NCBI GenBank assembly: GCA_046732715.1
Contig: JBKPNQ010000080.1
Span: 26 to 64,025, forward strand
Reading direction: 5' to 3'
Length of the DNA stretch: 64,000 nucleotides
From: Acidobacteriota bacterium
Lineage (GTDB): Bacteria; Acidobacteriota; Vicinamibacteria; Vicinamibacterales; 2-12-FULL-66-21
The position numbers and the translations under genes are program-made. The notes beneath the pieces are model-generated. The model worked only from the letters and a program-made list of their open reading frames with translations, did no database searches and had not been told where the DNA came from. The number at the start of each line of letters is the position of its first letter. Positions within the stretch are counted from its first letter, which is position 1. Below are positions 27,727-37,365 of this stretch, one piece after another.

Positions 27727-27742
27727 CGGTGTTGTCGCAAGT

Positions 27743-27814
27743 AGTTGCCAGTTGCCAGTTGCCAGTTACCAGTTGGACGAAAAGACACACCGCTGGAAAC
27801 TGGTTACTGGAAAC
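27743..27814. repeat. Heptad array family A hairpin
   Basis: agttgcc x3 agttacc agttgg - 16 nt - ctggaaa ctggtta ctggaaa c; between kinase stop and regulator start. Confidence 0.9.
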
Positions 27815-27822
27815 ATCCAGAG

Positions 27823-30114
27823 TCACAGAGGCAATTCAACCGTAAACACCGTGCCAGTTGGCGTGTTATCGGCTGCCTCGATATTGCCGCCATGTTCGGC
27901 AATGATGCGGCGCACGATCGCGAGGCCAAGTCCGCTGCCACGACGCTTGGTTGAATAGTACGGCATGAACAGCTTGTCGCGGTCTGCGAGAGGAATGCCG
28001 GGGCCGTTGTCCGAGATCGTGAGCAGGACGACACCGTTGCCGGAGTCGTGTCGGGTCTCCACGACGATCAGCGGTTGATCGCCGTTGGGCCGTGGCGATG
28101 CGCTTGGCCCGCCCAGGGCCTCCACCGCATTGTCGACGAGGTTGATGACGACGCGACGGATCTGCTCGATGTCGAGTCGAACCGCGGGCAGGTTCTCATC
28201 GAGCCGCCGTTCGATGCGGATCTCGCGGAAGAGGCCGTTGTACAACGCCAGCGTGTCGGTCAGGAGCGCGGTCAGGTCCGAGGGTATCGCCCGTGGCGTC
28301 GGCATGCGGGCAAACTGCGCGAACTCGTCCACGAGCCCCTTGAGCGATTCCACTTCGCCGACGATCGTCGTGGTGCACTCTTCGACCAGCGCGCGCGCCG
28401 GGGCGGGAGCGCCACTGAACTGGCGGCGCATCCGTTCCGCACACAGCTGGATCGGCGTCAGTGGGTTCTTGATCTCGTGGGCAAGCCGGCGCGCGACGTC
28501 CCGCCACGCCGCGACCCGCTGCGTTCGAATCAGCGGCGTCACGTCGTCGAATACGAGGACGGCACCGGTAGACGAGCCATCCTCAGCTTGCAGCGGTGTC
28601 GCCGCCGCCGCCAGGTGCAGCTCCCGCCCCTGGCGAACGAGGGCAATTTCCTGAGCAGCCGCTTCGCTGGAGCCCGTTTGCGTCCGCGTCAGGAGCGCCT
28701 GGAGCGGTTTGAGATCCTCGCGGTCGAAGACCTCGGTGGCTGACCGTCCGATGATGTCGGCATCGAGGTCGAGCAGGCGGAGCGCGGCGGTATTAATGGT
28801 CTCGATCCTCGAGTCAGCGCCGACTGATACAACGCCTGTGGCGATGCGCTCCAGGACCGTCTCGATATAGCGGCGACGCTCGTCCAACTGGAGGTTCTTC
28901 CGCTCGAGATCGAGCCGCGAGCGTTCGAGCTTCCTCTGGCTTGCGGCGAGCTCCCCGGCCATCGCATTAAAGGCCTCGACGAGCGATCCGAACTCATCGC
29001 GCGTCTCGGGCTCGATGCGATGGTCGAGGCGCCCGGCGCCGATTTCGCGCGCGCCAGCCGCCAGCAGCTGCACCGGGCGGGTGATGCGTTTGGCGAGATA
29101 TAGCCCCGTCCAGGTGGCGCTGACGAGAATCATCAACGTCATCATGAGAAAGAGCGACAAATACACGCCTTGAAGCGGACGACGCAGCGCGTGTAACTGA
29201 CTGTAGTTCTCGTAGTTCTCGGTGATGCGCCTCGCGTGCATCGCCAGGTCACCCGAGAGAAAACCGCTGGCGATCACGACGCCGACGGCCCGATTGGTTG
29301 CCGGCTCCCGAATGAGGGAGCCCGCTCGCACGAGCTCTCCGCCGCCGTCGATCTGATCGAGCGCCCGGGTGTCGGCGCTGCCGGCTGCAACCCGCGCCGC
29401 CAGCCGATCGGCAACCCCTCTGGTCTGTCCGCGAGGTATAGACGGCGACTCGACCGCCACGAGTGCCGACGGCGTGCTGGACGATCCCAGCCGATACACC
29501 TCTACCAGCCCCAGCTTGCCGCGCGTAACCTCCGACGCGATCGCGGCGCGAACAGCCTCGACGTTGCCCGACGACACGGCCGTGGCAGGAATCCCGCCCG
29601 CAATCCGCTGAGCGTGATCGGCCATGAGTCCTTCCTGCTCGCGGTAGTAGTCGCCGCCGATTTCATTGGCCGAGCGCAGGACTTCGTCAAGCGGCTGGCT
29701 GAACCACAACTGCGTGACGCTGCGAATGAGTTCTCCGCCGACCGCGAGGACGAGGAGGGACGGAACGATCGTCAGGCCGAGCAGCGCCAAAACGAGCTTG
29801 GCGCGGAACCTGGAAAATGGCAGACCACGACGGCGCTCGACGAGCAGCTTGACCAGGTTGCGCGCCAGGACAAACACCAGCGCGATGACCATCGTCAGGT
29901 CGGCGGCCGAGAGCGCGTAGAGGACGACCTCGCTGAGAAAATCCGGATTGAGCTGTGCCGACTTGTCGGCCAGGAAGATCATGGCCGCCAGCGCCGCGAA
30001 CAACAGCACGATGCCGAGCAGGATCAGGCGAGGATTGTCACGGAACGGCCGGCGTTCAGCCGGCGCATTTCGCGCCAACGGTGTGGGACGCCGCACGTCG
30101 CGAACGCTGGTCAT
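27823..30114 (-). CDS. Sensor histidine kinase (multi-TM N-terminus, HAMP, PAS, HisKA, HATPase; NtrY-like)
   Basis: 763 aa; H-box HEIKNPLTPIQL, DNGPGI, GSGLGLAIV. Confidence 0.9.
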   Translation of the reverse strand: MTSVRDVRRPTPLARNAPAERRPFRDNPRLILLGIVLLFAALAAMIFLADKSAQLNPDFLSEVVLYALSAADLTMVIALVFVLARNLVKLLVERRRGLPFSRFRAKLVLALLGLTIVPSLLVLAVGGELIRSVTQLWFSQPLDEVLRSANEIGGDYYREQEGLMADHAQRIAGGIPATAVSSGNVEAVRAAIASEVTRGKLGLVEVYRLGSSSTPSALVAVESPSIPRGQTRGVADRLAARVAAGSADTRALDQIDGGGELVRAGSLIREPATNRAVGVVIASGFLSGDLAMHARRITENYENYSQLHALRRPLQGVYLSLFLMMTLMILVSATWTGLYLAKRITRPVQLLAAGAREIGAGRLDHRIEPETRDEFGSLVEAFNAMAGELAASQRKLERSRLDLERKNLQLDERRRYIETVLERIATGVVSVGADSRIETINTAALRLLDLDADIIGRSATEVFDREDLKPLQALLTRTQTGSSEAAAQEIALVRQGRELHLAAAATPLQAEDGSSTGAVLVFDDVTPLIRTQRVAAWRDVARRLAHEIKNPLTPIQLCAERMRRQFSGAPAPARALVEECTTTIVGEVESLKGLVDEFAQFARMPTPRAIPSDLTALLTDTLALYNGLFREIRIERRLDENLPAVRLDIEQIRRVVINLVDNAVEALGGPSASPRPNGDQPLIVVETRHDSGNGVVLLTISDNGPGIPLADRDKLFMPYYSTKRRGSGLGLAIVRRIIAEHGGNIEAADNTPTGTVFTVELPL

Positions 30115-30126
30115 GATCCCGGCGGA

Positions 30127-30585
30127 TCACCCTTTTGATTTCTGCAGTTCGTCGACCTCGCGCTTGAACTGGCCGACGTCACGGAATTGCCGGTACACGG
30201 AGGCGAACCGGACGTACGCGATCTGATCGAGCTGCTTCAGTTCCTGCATCAAGCGGGCGCCGATTTCCTCGGTTGTCATTTCCCGTTCCGGCCGCTCCTG
30301 CAGTTCAGCCTCAATCCGATCGGCAATCGCCTCGAGTTGCTGAATGCTCACCGGCCGCTTCTCGGATGCGGTCAACAATCCGGCGATCAGTTTCTGACGC
30401 TGAAACGCCTCACGATTGCCGTCTTTCTTGATGACACGGTACTCGATGTCCTCGAGGCGCTCGCGGCTGGTGAAACGCTTCCCGCAGCTCAGGCACTGAC
30501 GGCGGCGGCGGATGACATCGCCTTCCTTGCTCTCGCGAGAATCGACGACCTTGTCGCCGAGATGACCGCAGTAGGGGCACTTCAT
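30127..30585 (-). CDS. nrdR: Transcriptional repressor NrdR
   Basis: 152 aa; MKCPYCG...CLSCGKRFT zinc ribbon plus ATP-cone; trimmed from track ORF 30127-31116; ATG overlaps upstream stop (ATGA). Confidence 0.95.
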   Translation of the reverse strand: MKCPYCGHLGDKVVDSRESKEGDVIRRRRQCLSCGKRFTSRERLEDIEYRVIKKDGNREAFQRQKLIAGLLTASEKRPVSIQQLEAIADRIEAELQERPEREMTTEEIGARLMQELKQLDQIAYVRFASVYRQFRDVGQFKREVDELQKSKG

Positions 30586-31811
30586 CGCGCCCCCTTCTCC
30601 AGCCGTCGTGGCATCGGCACCGTGTCGACGTCCTCGGCAGTACTCGCACTCGTGCCACCGCTGGACTCCGCCCCACGGGACGTCGCTCGTGGCAGGCCCG
30701 TCGGCTCTTGTCGAGTGTCCTGACCCTTCGACGGGCCCAGGGTCATCCCGAGCGAAGTCGAGGGATGAGCGAGCGGTTCCGTCGCACCAGTCGAAGGACC
30801 GCTGGCACCAACGATCGCCCTCGCACTTCCGAACGTCAGCCCTTCGCGGGTCATGAAAAGCAGGCCGAGAAGCGTCACGGGCACAAACGAAACGGCGTGC
30901 AACACGATGGCGGCGCCGACGGCGCGATCGATGGGCGCCGCAAAAAATGTCGTCACCGCAAACTGGTAGGCCGCGTGGAATGCGCCCACGCCTCCAGGGG
31001 TAGGAGCCGCAACCCCCACGACCAGGATGGTCATCACGAGGAACGAACCAGTGTACGGGAACGTAATGTGAAATGCCCGTGAGGCCAGCCAGATGCCGAT
31101 CGCTATCGATATCCACATCGGGAACGACAACGCCAGCGACGTCACCAGCCGTACTGGATCCCGCATGACCGCCAGCCCTTGTGCAAACGTTTCAAGCAGT
31201 CCCGCCAGCGCCGAGGCCAGCTTCGGCGGAAGGATCCGTTCGACGCGCAATGCGGCGCGCCCGAGCCGCTCAGGATGACCGGCCAGCGCAAACAGCACGA
31301 TCAACCCGGCGACCGCGGACCCGGCGGCGACCGCGCCGCCAAACTTCACGAGCGCCAACTGGGACGGGTCGCCAGCGATGGCGCCTGGCGCGGAGCCGAA
31401 CACGAACACCGCAAACAGCATCAGCACGGTGGCGAGATCCAGGGCCCGTTCGAGAATGATCGTCGCGAACGCCGAAGTGGCATTGAGCGACTCGCGCCGC
31501 GCCAGCAGATACGGCCGCAACACCTCCCCCACCCGTCCCGGAATGAGCGAGTTCGCCGCGAAGCCAATCACCGTGGTTTCGAACGCGACCCAGTAGCGCG
31601 TGCGGCCGATCGGAGCCAGCAGGATCTGCCAGCGCAAGGCGCGAATCAGGTAGGTCACGGCGGTGACCACGACGGAGAGAATCAGCAGACCTGGATCGGC
31701 GCGGCGCGTTTCGGCCCATACGGCCGCCGGGTCGGCCTTGCGAAAGAAGTACGCAAGCAATCCGAGCGTGAGCAGAAAAATGACGATCGTGCGGAGTCGT
31801 GGACGCATCAA
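30582..31811 (-). CDS. UPF0104 / lysylphosphatidylglycerol-synthase-TM-region-like (flippase-like) membrane protein with low-complexity C-terminal tail
   Basis: 409 aa; polytopic; LRALRWQILL, GFAANSLIPGRVGEVLRPYL pattern; last ~90 aa S/T/G/P-rich. Confidence 0.7.
   Translation of the reverse strand: MMRPRLRTIVIFLLTLGLLAYFFRKADPAAVWAETRRADPGLLILSVVVTAVTYLIRALRWQILLAPIGRTRYWVAFETTVIGFAANSLIPGRVGEVLRPYLLARRESLNATSAFATIILERALDLATVLMLFAVFVFGSAPGAIAGDPSQLALVKFGGAVAAGSAVAGLIVLFALAGHPERLGRAALRVERILPPKLASALAGLLETFAQGLAVMRDPVRLVTSLALSFPMWISIAIGIWLASRAFHITFPYTGSFLVMTILVVGVAAPTPGGVGAFHAAYQFAVTTFFAAPIDRAVGAAIVLHAVSFVPVTLLGLLFMTREGLTFGSARAIVGASGPSTGATEPLAHPSTSLGMTLGPSKGQDTRQEPTGLPRATSRGAESSGGTSASTAEDVDTVPMPRRLEKGAR
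30721..30767. repeat. Nested palindromic element inside the 3' tail of the membrane-protein CDS
   Basis: TGACCCT-11 nt-AGGGTCA (30721-30745) immediately followed by CATCCC-12 nt-GGGATG (30744-30767). Confidence 0.6.
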
Positions 31812-31977
31812 GGCCAGTCAGTGGTCGACGAACGATCGCGCGGGACGACGGGCAACGGTTGGCTGAACGAAGCCAGCCGAATGGCGAATACTCAAAGTTG
31901 GATACCCGATCAGAGACGATACGTGAATTGTGACACGCCGGGCGAACGTTCAACGCGTCAGGCTGGATTTCGCAGCC

Positions 31978-31986
31978 TGTTAGAAT
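31978..31986 (+). promoter_or_regulatory. Candidate extended -10 promoter (TGT-TAGAAT)
   Basis: tgttagaat about 90 nt upstream of the 32077 start; overlaps 7-bp hairpin caggctg-gatttcg-cagcctg; no good -35. Confidence 0.3.
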
Positions 31987-32076
31987 CCCGGGAGTGTTCG
32001 GCAGGGAGGCGGCTGAGCGCGCCGGCCCGGGCGGCCAACCCTCGCGAACTCTACTACAGGATCTCGCTCCAAGTCT

Positions 32077-33189
32077 ATGGGGAAACGTGAGTTACTGCTT
32101 GTCGTAGCGTTCGTCATCGCCGGGGCGATCGTTTACCAGTTTACGGCCCCCCCGCCGGCCCCGGGCGAGCGCAGCTTTGCGCCCGGACAGATTCTGGACC
32201 ACATCCGCCGCGCCATGCGCGGCAATCAGGCATCAGCCGAGGTCGTCACGAGGAGTACCCACGCCGTAGACGCAGGGGTCTCAGAGCTGCGGTTCGAGGA
32301 TCTTCGCTCCGCAAGCCTCACCATCTCCGGCGAAGACCGCCCGAACATCGAAGCCGAACTGCTTATTCATTCAAACGGCTTCGACGAAGACGAGGCACAG
32401 CGCCTTGCGAAACAAACTGAGTTGCGCGTCGATCACGCGGGCGCGCGACTCACGATCTCCGTCAAGTATCCCAATCCCGGCGTTCAGCGCGCGACGATGA
32501 CGCTGAGGGTGCCCGCTCGGCTTGCCATCAAGCTTCAGGGAGGCGGCCGTGAGCTCAACATCACACACGTCGCCGCGGTGGAGCTGAGCGGCTCTCGAGG
32601 TACGGTGGCCCTCCGAGACGTGTCCGGTCTCGTATCAGGCAGTCACCGGGGCGGCGAGCTGCATGTGTCGAACGCCGGATCGATAAAGCTATCCACGAAT
32701 GGAACCGACACGCGACTCGAACAGATCCGCGGTGAGGTGTCGATCACGATGCGCGGCGGCGAGCTCAAGTGCAAAGACCTTGGTGGCTCAATCGATCTCG
32801 ACACGCAGGGCGTTGACATCACGCTGGAGAAGCTCGAGAAGGCAACCGGGATCGTTCGCGTCAACGCGGTCGGCGAATCGCTCAAGGTCAACGGGCTACG
32901 GACTGAAGGACGCTTCGATCTCCGCTCGGTTGACGTCGAGGTCGGGTTCGATCGCGCCGCGGCGCTGTCCATTTACAGCCAGGGCGGCGAGTCGATAGAA
33001 GTTACCGCGCCGCCCGGCGGATATCAGCTCGACGCGGTCACGAAGAACGGCGAGATCACGGTGCCAGAAGGAACCGTCGAAGTCACATCCAGCGGCGACG
33101 AGCATCGAGCGGCCGGCCCAATTCGCGGCGGAGGTCCAACCATCACCCTCCGGAGCGATCACGGAAACATCACGGTAAAGGAACGATAA
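32077..33189 (+). CDS. DUF4097-like beta-repeat protein (putative adhesin) with N-terminal TM anchor
   Basis: 370 aa; N-terminal LLLVVAFVIAGAIVY, repeated short beta units (..G.I.V......V...T..G.I.V..). Confidence 0.6.
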   Translation: MGKRELLLVVAFVIAGAIVYQFTAPPPAPGERSFAPGQILDHIRRAMRGNQASAEVVTRSTHAVDAGVSELRFEDLRSASLTISGEDRPNIEAELLIHSNGFDEDEAQRLAKQTELRVDHAGARLTISVKYPNPGVQRATMTLRVPARLAIKLQGGGRELNITHVAAVELSGSRGTVALRDVSGLVSGSHRGGELHVSNAGSIKLSTNGTDTRLEQIRGEVSITMRGGELKCKDLGGSIDLDTQGVDITLEKLEKATGIVRVNAVGESLKVNGLRTEGRFDLRSVDVEVGFDRAAALSIYSQGGESIEVTAPPGGYQLDAVTKNGEITVPEGTVEVTSSGDEHRAAGPIRGGGPTITLRSDHGNITVKER

Positions 33190-33294
33190 GAATTGCTGAT
33201 TGTTGATTGTTGATTGAGGATCCGGCAGGTCGTTTACCCAAACGAGCGATCGGCATTTCACCAATCAGCATGAGCAATCGTCAATCAGCAATTC
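33190..33294. repeat. Heptad array family B hairpin with 13-bp perfect outer stem
   Basis: gaattgctgattgttgattgttgattga - 43 nt - ccaatcagcatgagcaatcgtcaatcagcaattc; starts 1 nt after the stop codon. Confidence 0.88.
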
Positions 33295-33320
33295 CCTGAT
33301 CTCTCATTCCCTGATCTCTC
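33291..33320. repeat. Perfect tandem duplication of a 15-mer (attccctgatctctc x2)
   Basis: 33291-33305 and 33306-33320 identical; ends 2 nt before the purC -35 box. Confidence 0.9.
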
Positions 33321-33322
33321 AG

Positions 33323-33351
33323 TTGACGTCGCCTCGCGTGTGCCGTAAGCT
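33323..33351 (+). promoter_or_regulatory. Candidate sigma-70 promoter for purC (TTGACG-17 nt-TAAGCT)
   Basis: -35 33323-33328, 17-nt spacer, -10 33346-33351; the track ORF start (TTG 33323) is the -35 box itself. Confidence 0.5.
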
Positions 33352-33373
33352 TTGCCGTCTCGCGAGGTCACCT

Positions 33374-34285
33374 GTGCTCTCCACTGCGCCCCTGCTCGAA
33401 ACCACACTCGAAGGCCTGACGCTCAATCGCCGCGGCAAGGTCCGTGACGTCTACGACGTCACGCTTCGCTCCGGCAAGCCCGGTCTTCTCATCGTCGCCA
33501 CCGATCGCATCTCTGCGTTCGACTACGTACTCGGCTCTGGCATTCCTGACAAAGGCAAAGTGCTCACCCAGTTGTCGGGCTTCTGGTTCGAGCGGATGGG
33601 CGATCTCGTGCCGCATCATCTCTTATCGCTCGAGGTCGACGAATTCCCGGAGGCTGCTCGCCGACACGGTGACGTGCTCCGCGGACGGACGATGCTCGCG
33701 CGACTCACCGAGCCGGTCCCGGTCGAGTGCGTCGCGCGCGGCTATCTGTCGGGATCAGGGTGGAAGGAATACCAGCAGAGCGGCAGCGTATGCGGCGTGA
33801 AGTTGCCGGCTGGCCTTCGCGAATCGGATCGATTGCCGGCGCCGATTTTCACGCCGGCGACCAAGGCGGAAACGGGTCACGACATCAACATCAGCGAAGA
33901 GGAAGCCGGCCGCCTGGTCGGCGTCGATCTCATTCGCCGGCTGAAGGCGCTGACCTTGGAGATCTACCGGCGCGGTTGCGAGCATGCGGAGTCGAAAGGG
34001 ATCATCATCGCCGACACCAAGTTCGAGTTTGGCTTGGATGGCGAAGAGATCATCCTCATTGACGAAGTCCTGACACCTGACTCGTCGCGCTTCTGGCCGG
34101 CGGCGCAGTACGAAGCCGGGCACGGTCAACCGAGCTTCGACAAACAGTTCGTCCGCGACTACCTCGAGGCGATCCGCTGGAATAAGCAACCGCCAGTGCC
34201 ATCGCTTCCGGAGGACGTGATCCGGCGCACCCGCGAGAAATACGTCGACGCTTTCCGCCTGCTTTCGGGACGAGAGCTGCGCTGA
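33374..34285 (+). CDS. purC: Phosphoribosylaminoimidazole-succinocarboxamide synthase
   Basis: RGKVRDVYD, LIVATDRISAFD SAICAR synthetase motifs; start moved to GTG 33374 (GAGG SD 7 nt upstream). Confidence 0.92.
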   Translation: MLSTAPLLETTLEGLTLNRRGKVRDVYDVTLRSGKPGLLIVATDRISAFDYVLGSGIPDKGKVLTQLSGFWFERMGDLVPHHLLSLEVDEFPEAARRHGDVLRGRTMLARLTEPVPVECVARGYLSGSGWKEYQQSGSVCGVKLPAGLRESDRLPAPIFTPATKAETGHDINISEEEAGRLVGVDLIRRLKALTLEIYRRGCEHAESKGIIIADTKFEFGLDGEEIILIDEVLTPDSSRFWPAAQYEAGHGQPSFDKQFVRDYLEAIRWNKQPPVPSLPEDVIRRTREKYVDAFRLLSGRELR

Positions 34286-34287
34286 CC

Positions 34288-34497
34288 GTGCGCGATCAAC
34301 TCGAGAAGCTCGTCCAGGAACTCCTCGAAAAGGGAGTGCTCTACGACGAGGCGCGCCGGGAATTCGAGAAGATGTTCATCGCCCGCGCGCTCCAGCGCTC
34401 GAAAGGCAACGTCGGCAACGCCGCGGAGATGCTGGGGCTTCACCGCAACACGATCGCCAGGAAGATTTCGGAGTACCGGATCAAGCGAGTCAGCTAA
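34288..34497 (+). CDS. Small Fis-family helix-turn-helix DNA-binding protein
   Basis: 69 aa; C-terminal GNVGNAAEMLGLHRNTIARKI Fis-type HTH. Confidence 0.72.
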   Translation: MRDQLEKLVQELLEKGVLYDEARREFEKMFIARALQRSKGNVGNAAEMLGLHRNTIARKISEYRIKRVS

Positions 34498-34500
34498 ATC

Positions 34501-34602
34501 GGTGCATTGGTGAATTGGTGACTTGGTGAAATTGCCGTCGCACGCGCTACCGCGCGTGCTTTGAAAGCGCGGCGGTAGCCGCGCGGTGCGAATTCACCAA
34601 TT
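34501..34602. repeat. Heptad array family E (TTGGTGA) with matching distal arm (gaattcaccaatt) enclosing a GC-rich inner hairpin
   Basis: ggtgcat tggtgaa ttggtga cttggtg aaattg ... cgcacgcgctaccgcgcg-11 nt-cgcggcggtagccgcgcggtgcg ... gaattcaccaatt. Confidence 0.75.
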
Positions 34603-34627
34603 AGCAGTCTGCTCCCCTGACTGCTTG
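34601..34627 (+). promoter_or_regulatory. Imperfect CIRCE-like operator (TTAGCAGTC-N9-GACTGCTTG)
   Basis: Matches the CIRCE architecture TTAGCACTC-N9-GAGTGCTAA at most positions; overlaps the groES -35. Confidence 0.55.
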
Positions 34628-34653
34628 ACACGCCGGGTCGCCCTCCATAGAAT
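34625..34653 (+). promoter_or_regulatory. Sigma-70 promoter of groES-groEL (TTGACA-17 nt-TAGAAT)
   Basis: Consensus -35 at 34625-34630, 17-nt spacer, TAGAAT at 34648-34653. Confidence 0.8.
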
Positions 34654-34679
34654 TAGCAGTCGGCCAGGCTGATTGCTAA
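34653..34679 (+). promoter_or_regulatory. CIRCE operator (TTAGCAGTC-N9-GATTGCTAA), HrcA-type heat-shock control
   Basis: Near-consensus CIRCE inverted repeat immediately downstream of the -10. Confidence 0.8.
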
Positions 34680-34800
34680 GCCGCAGGGCCACACAGCTCA
34701 TTTATCGAAGGATTCAGGCCTCATAACAGCAGGGCTGGGCTCCCTCCCCGCCGAACTCGAGCGGACCAGGCGCCCCCCACAACCCGGAGTGAAGAGCACC

Positions 34801-36814
<2,014 letters not shown>

Positions 36815-36816
36815 AA

Positions 36817-36846
36817 CGCTCGCGGCTCGCGATTCGCGGCTCGCAG
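36817..36846. repeat. Heptad array family D variant (CTCGCGG/CTCGCGA/TTCGCGG), 4 heptads
   Basis: ctcgcgg ctcgcga ttcgcgg ctcgcag between the groEL stop and the terminator. Confidence 0.7.
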
Positions 36847-36880
36847 GCCGGCTGGGAGAGAATCTCAGCCGGCCTTTTTT
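36846..36880 (+). terminator. Rho-independent terminator of groEL
   Basis: 12-bp stem ggccggctggga / tctcagccggcc (one G-U), 5-nt loop, then TTTTTT. Confidence 0.85.
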
Positions 36881-36911
36881 CATTAACGAAAAAAGACGAC
36901 GGCCCTCGTCG

Positions 36912-37271
36912 TTACTTGAGCGAGAAGCTCATCTCGACGGAAATCCGAACATCGACGGGCTTACCATCCCGGGTTCCCGGTTTGAATTGCCATTGCTTCA
37001 TCGCCTTGACGGCCTGATCGTCGAGACCGTGTTCTTTATCCAGCGATTGGGCCACCGCGACGTCGCCGACCGTACCGTCCGTCAGCACGACGGCGTCCAG
37101 ACGTACGACTCCTTGAATCCGTGCGGCCTTTGCTTCAGCCGTGTACTGCGGCTTTACGTCCTTGACGAGAACCGGCATGGTTGTCGCCGTTGTTTCCTGC
37201 GCAGCTGCACCAGATGCGAGTAACGAGGCCGTCACAGCGCCGAGCACGATGACTCTGAAGATTGACATCAC
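36912..37271 (-). CDS. Secreted TonB C-terminal-domain-only protein
   Basis: 119 aa; signal peptide MMSIFRVIVLGAVTASLLASGAAAQE then a TonB_C fold pattern (P.YT.EA...IQG.V.L..VV..DG.V.DV.V..S....GLD..A..A..QW.F.P). Confidence 0.72.
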   Translation of the reverse strand: MMSIFRVIVLGAVTASLLASGAAAQETTATTMPVLVKDVKPQYTAEAKAARIQGVVRLDAVVLTDGTVGDVAVAQSLDKEHGLDDQAVKAMKQWQFKPGTRDGKPVDVRISVEMSFSLK

Positions 37272-37326
37272 TTCACCCCTCGAATCTCTTTAGACCAAGG
37301 CGCATGGAGTTTGGCCGCCGGACCGA

Positions 37327-37361
37327 CTGGGAGCTGGAGGCCGGCAGCGGGAAGCTGGGAG
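37327..37361. repeat. Heptad array family G (CTGGGAG), 5 heptads
   Basis: ctgggag ctggagg ccggcag cgggaag ctgggag; spacer between the two TonB-type genes. Confidence 0.75.
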
Positions 37362-37365
37362 CTTT

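Noticed and set aside
30127-31116. Long N-terminal extensions in the ORF track: 329-aa 'NrdR', 269-aa 'PgpA' 23023-23832, 420-aa RDD 23484-24746, 856-aa RNase R 43209-45779, 535-aa activator 52676-54283, 834-aa kinase 54109-56613
   Set aside because: The extensions are low-complexity Arg/Pro/Gly sequence overlapping the upstream gene. Family-typical N-termini begin at internal ATG/GTG codons that form ATGA/GTGA overlaps with the upstream stop.
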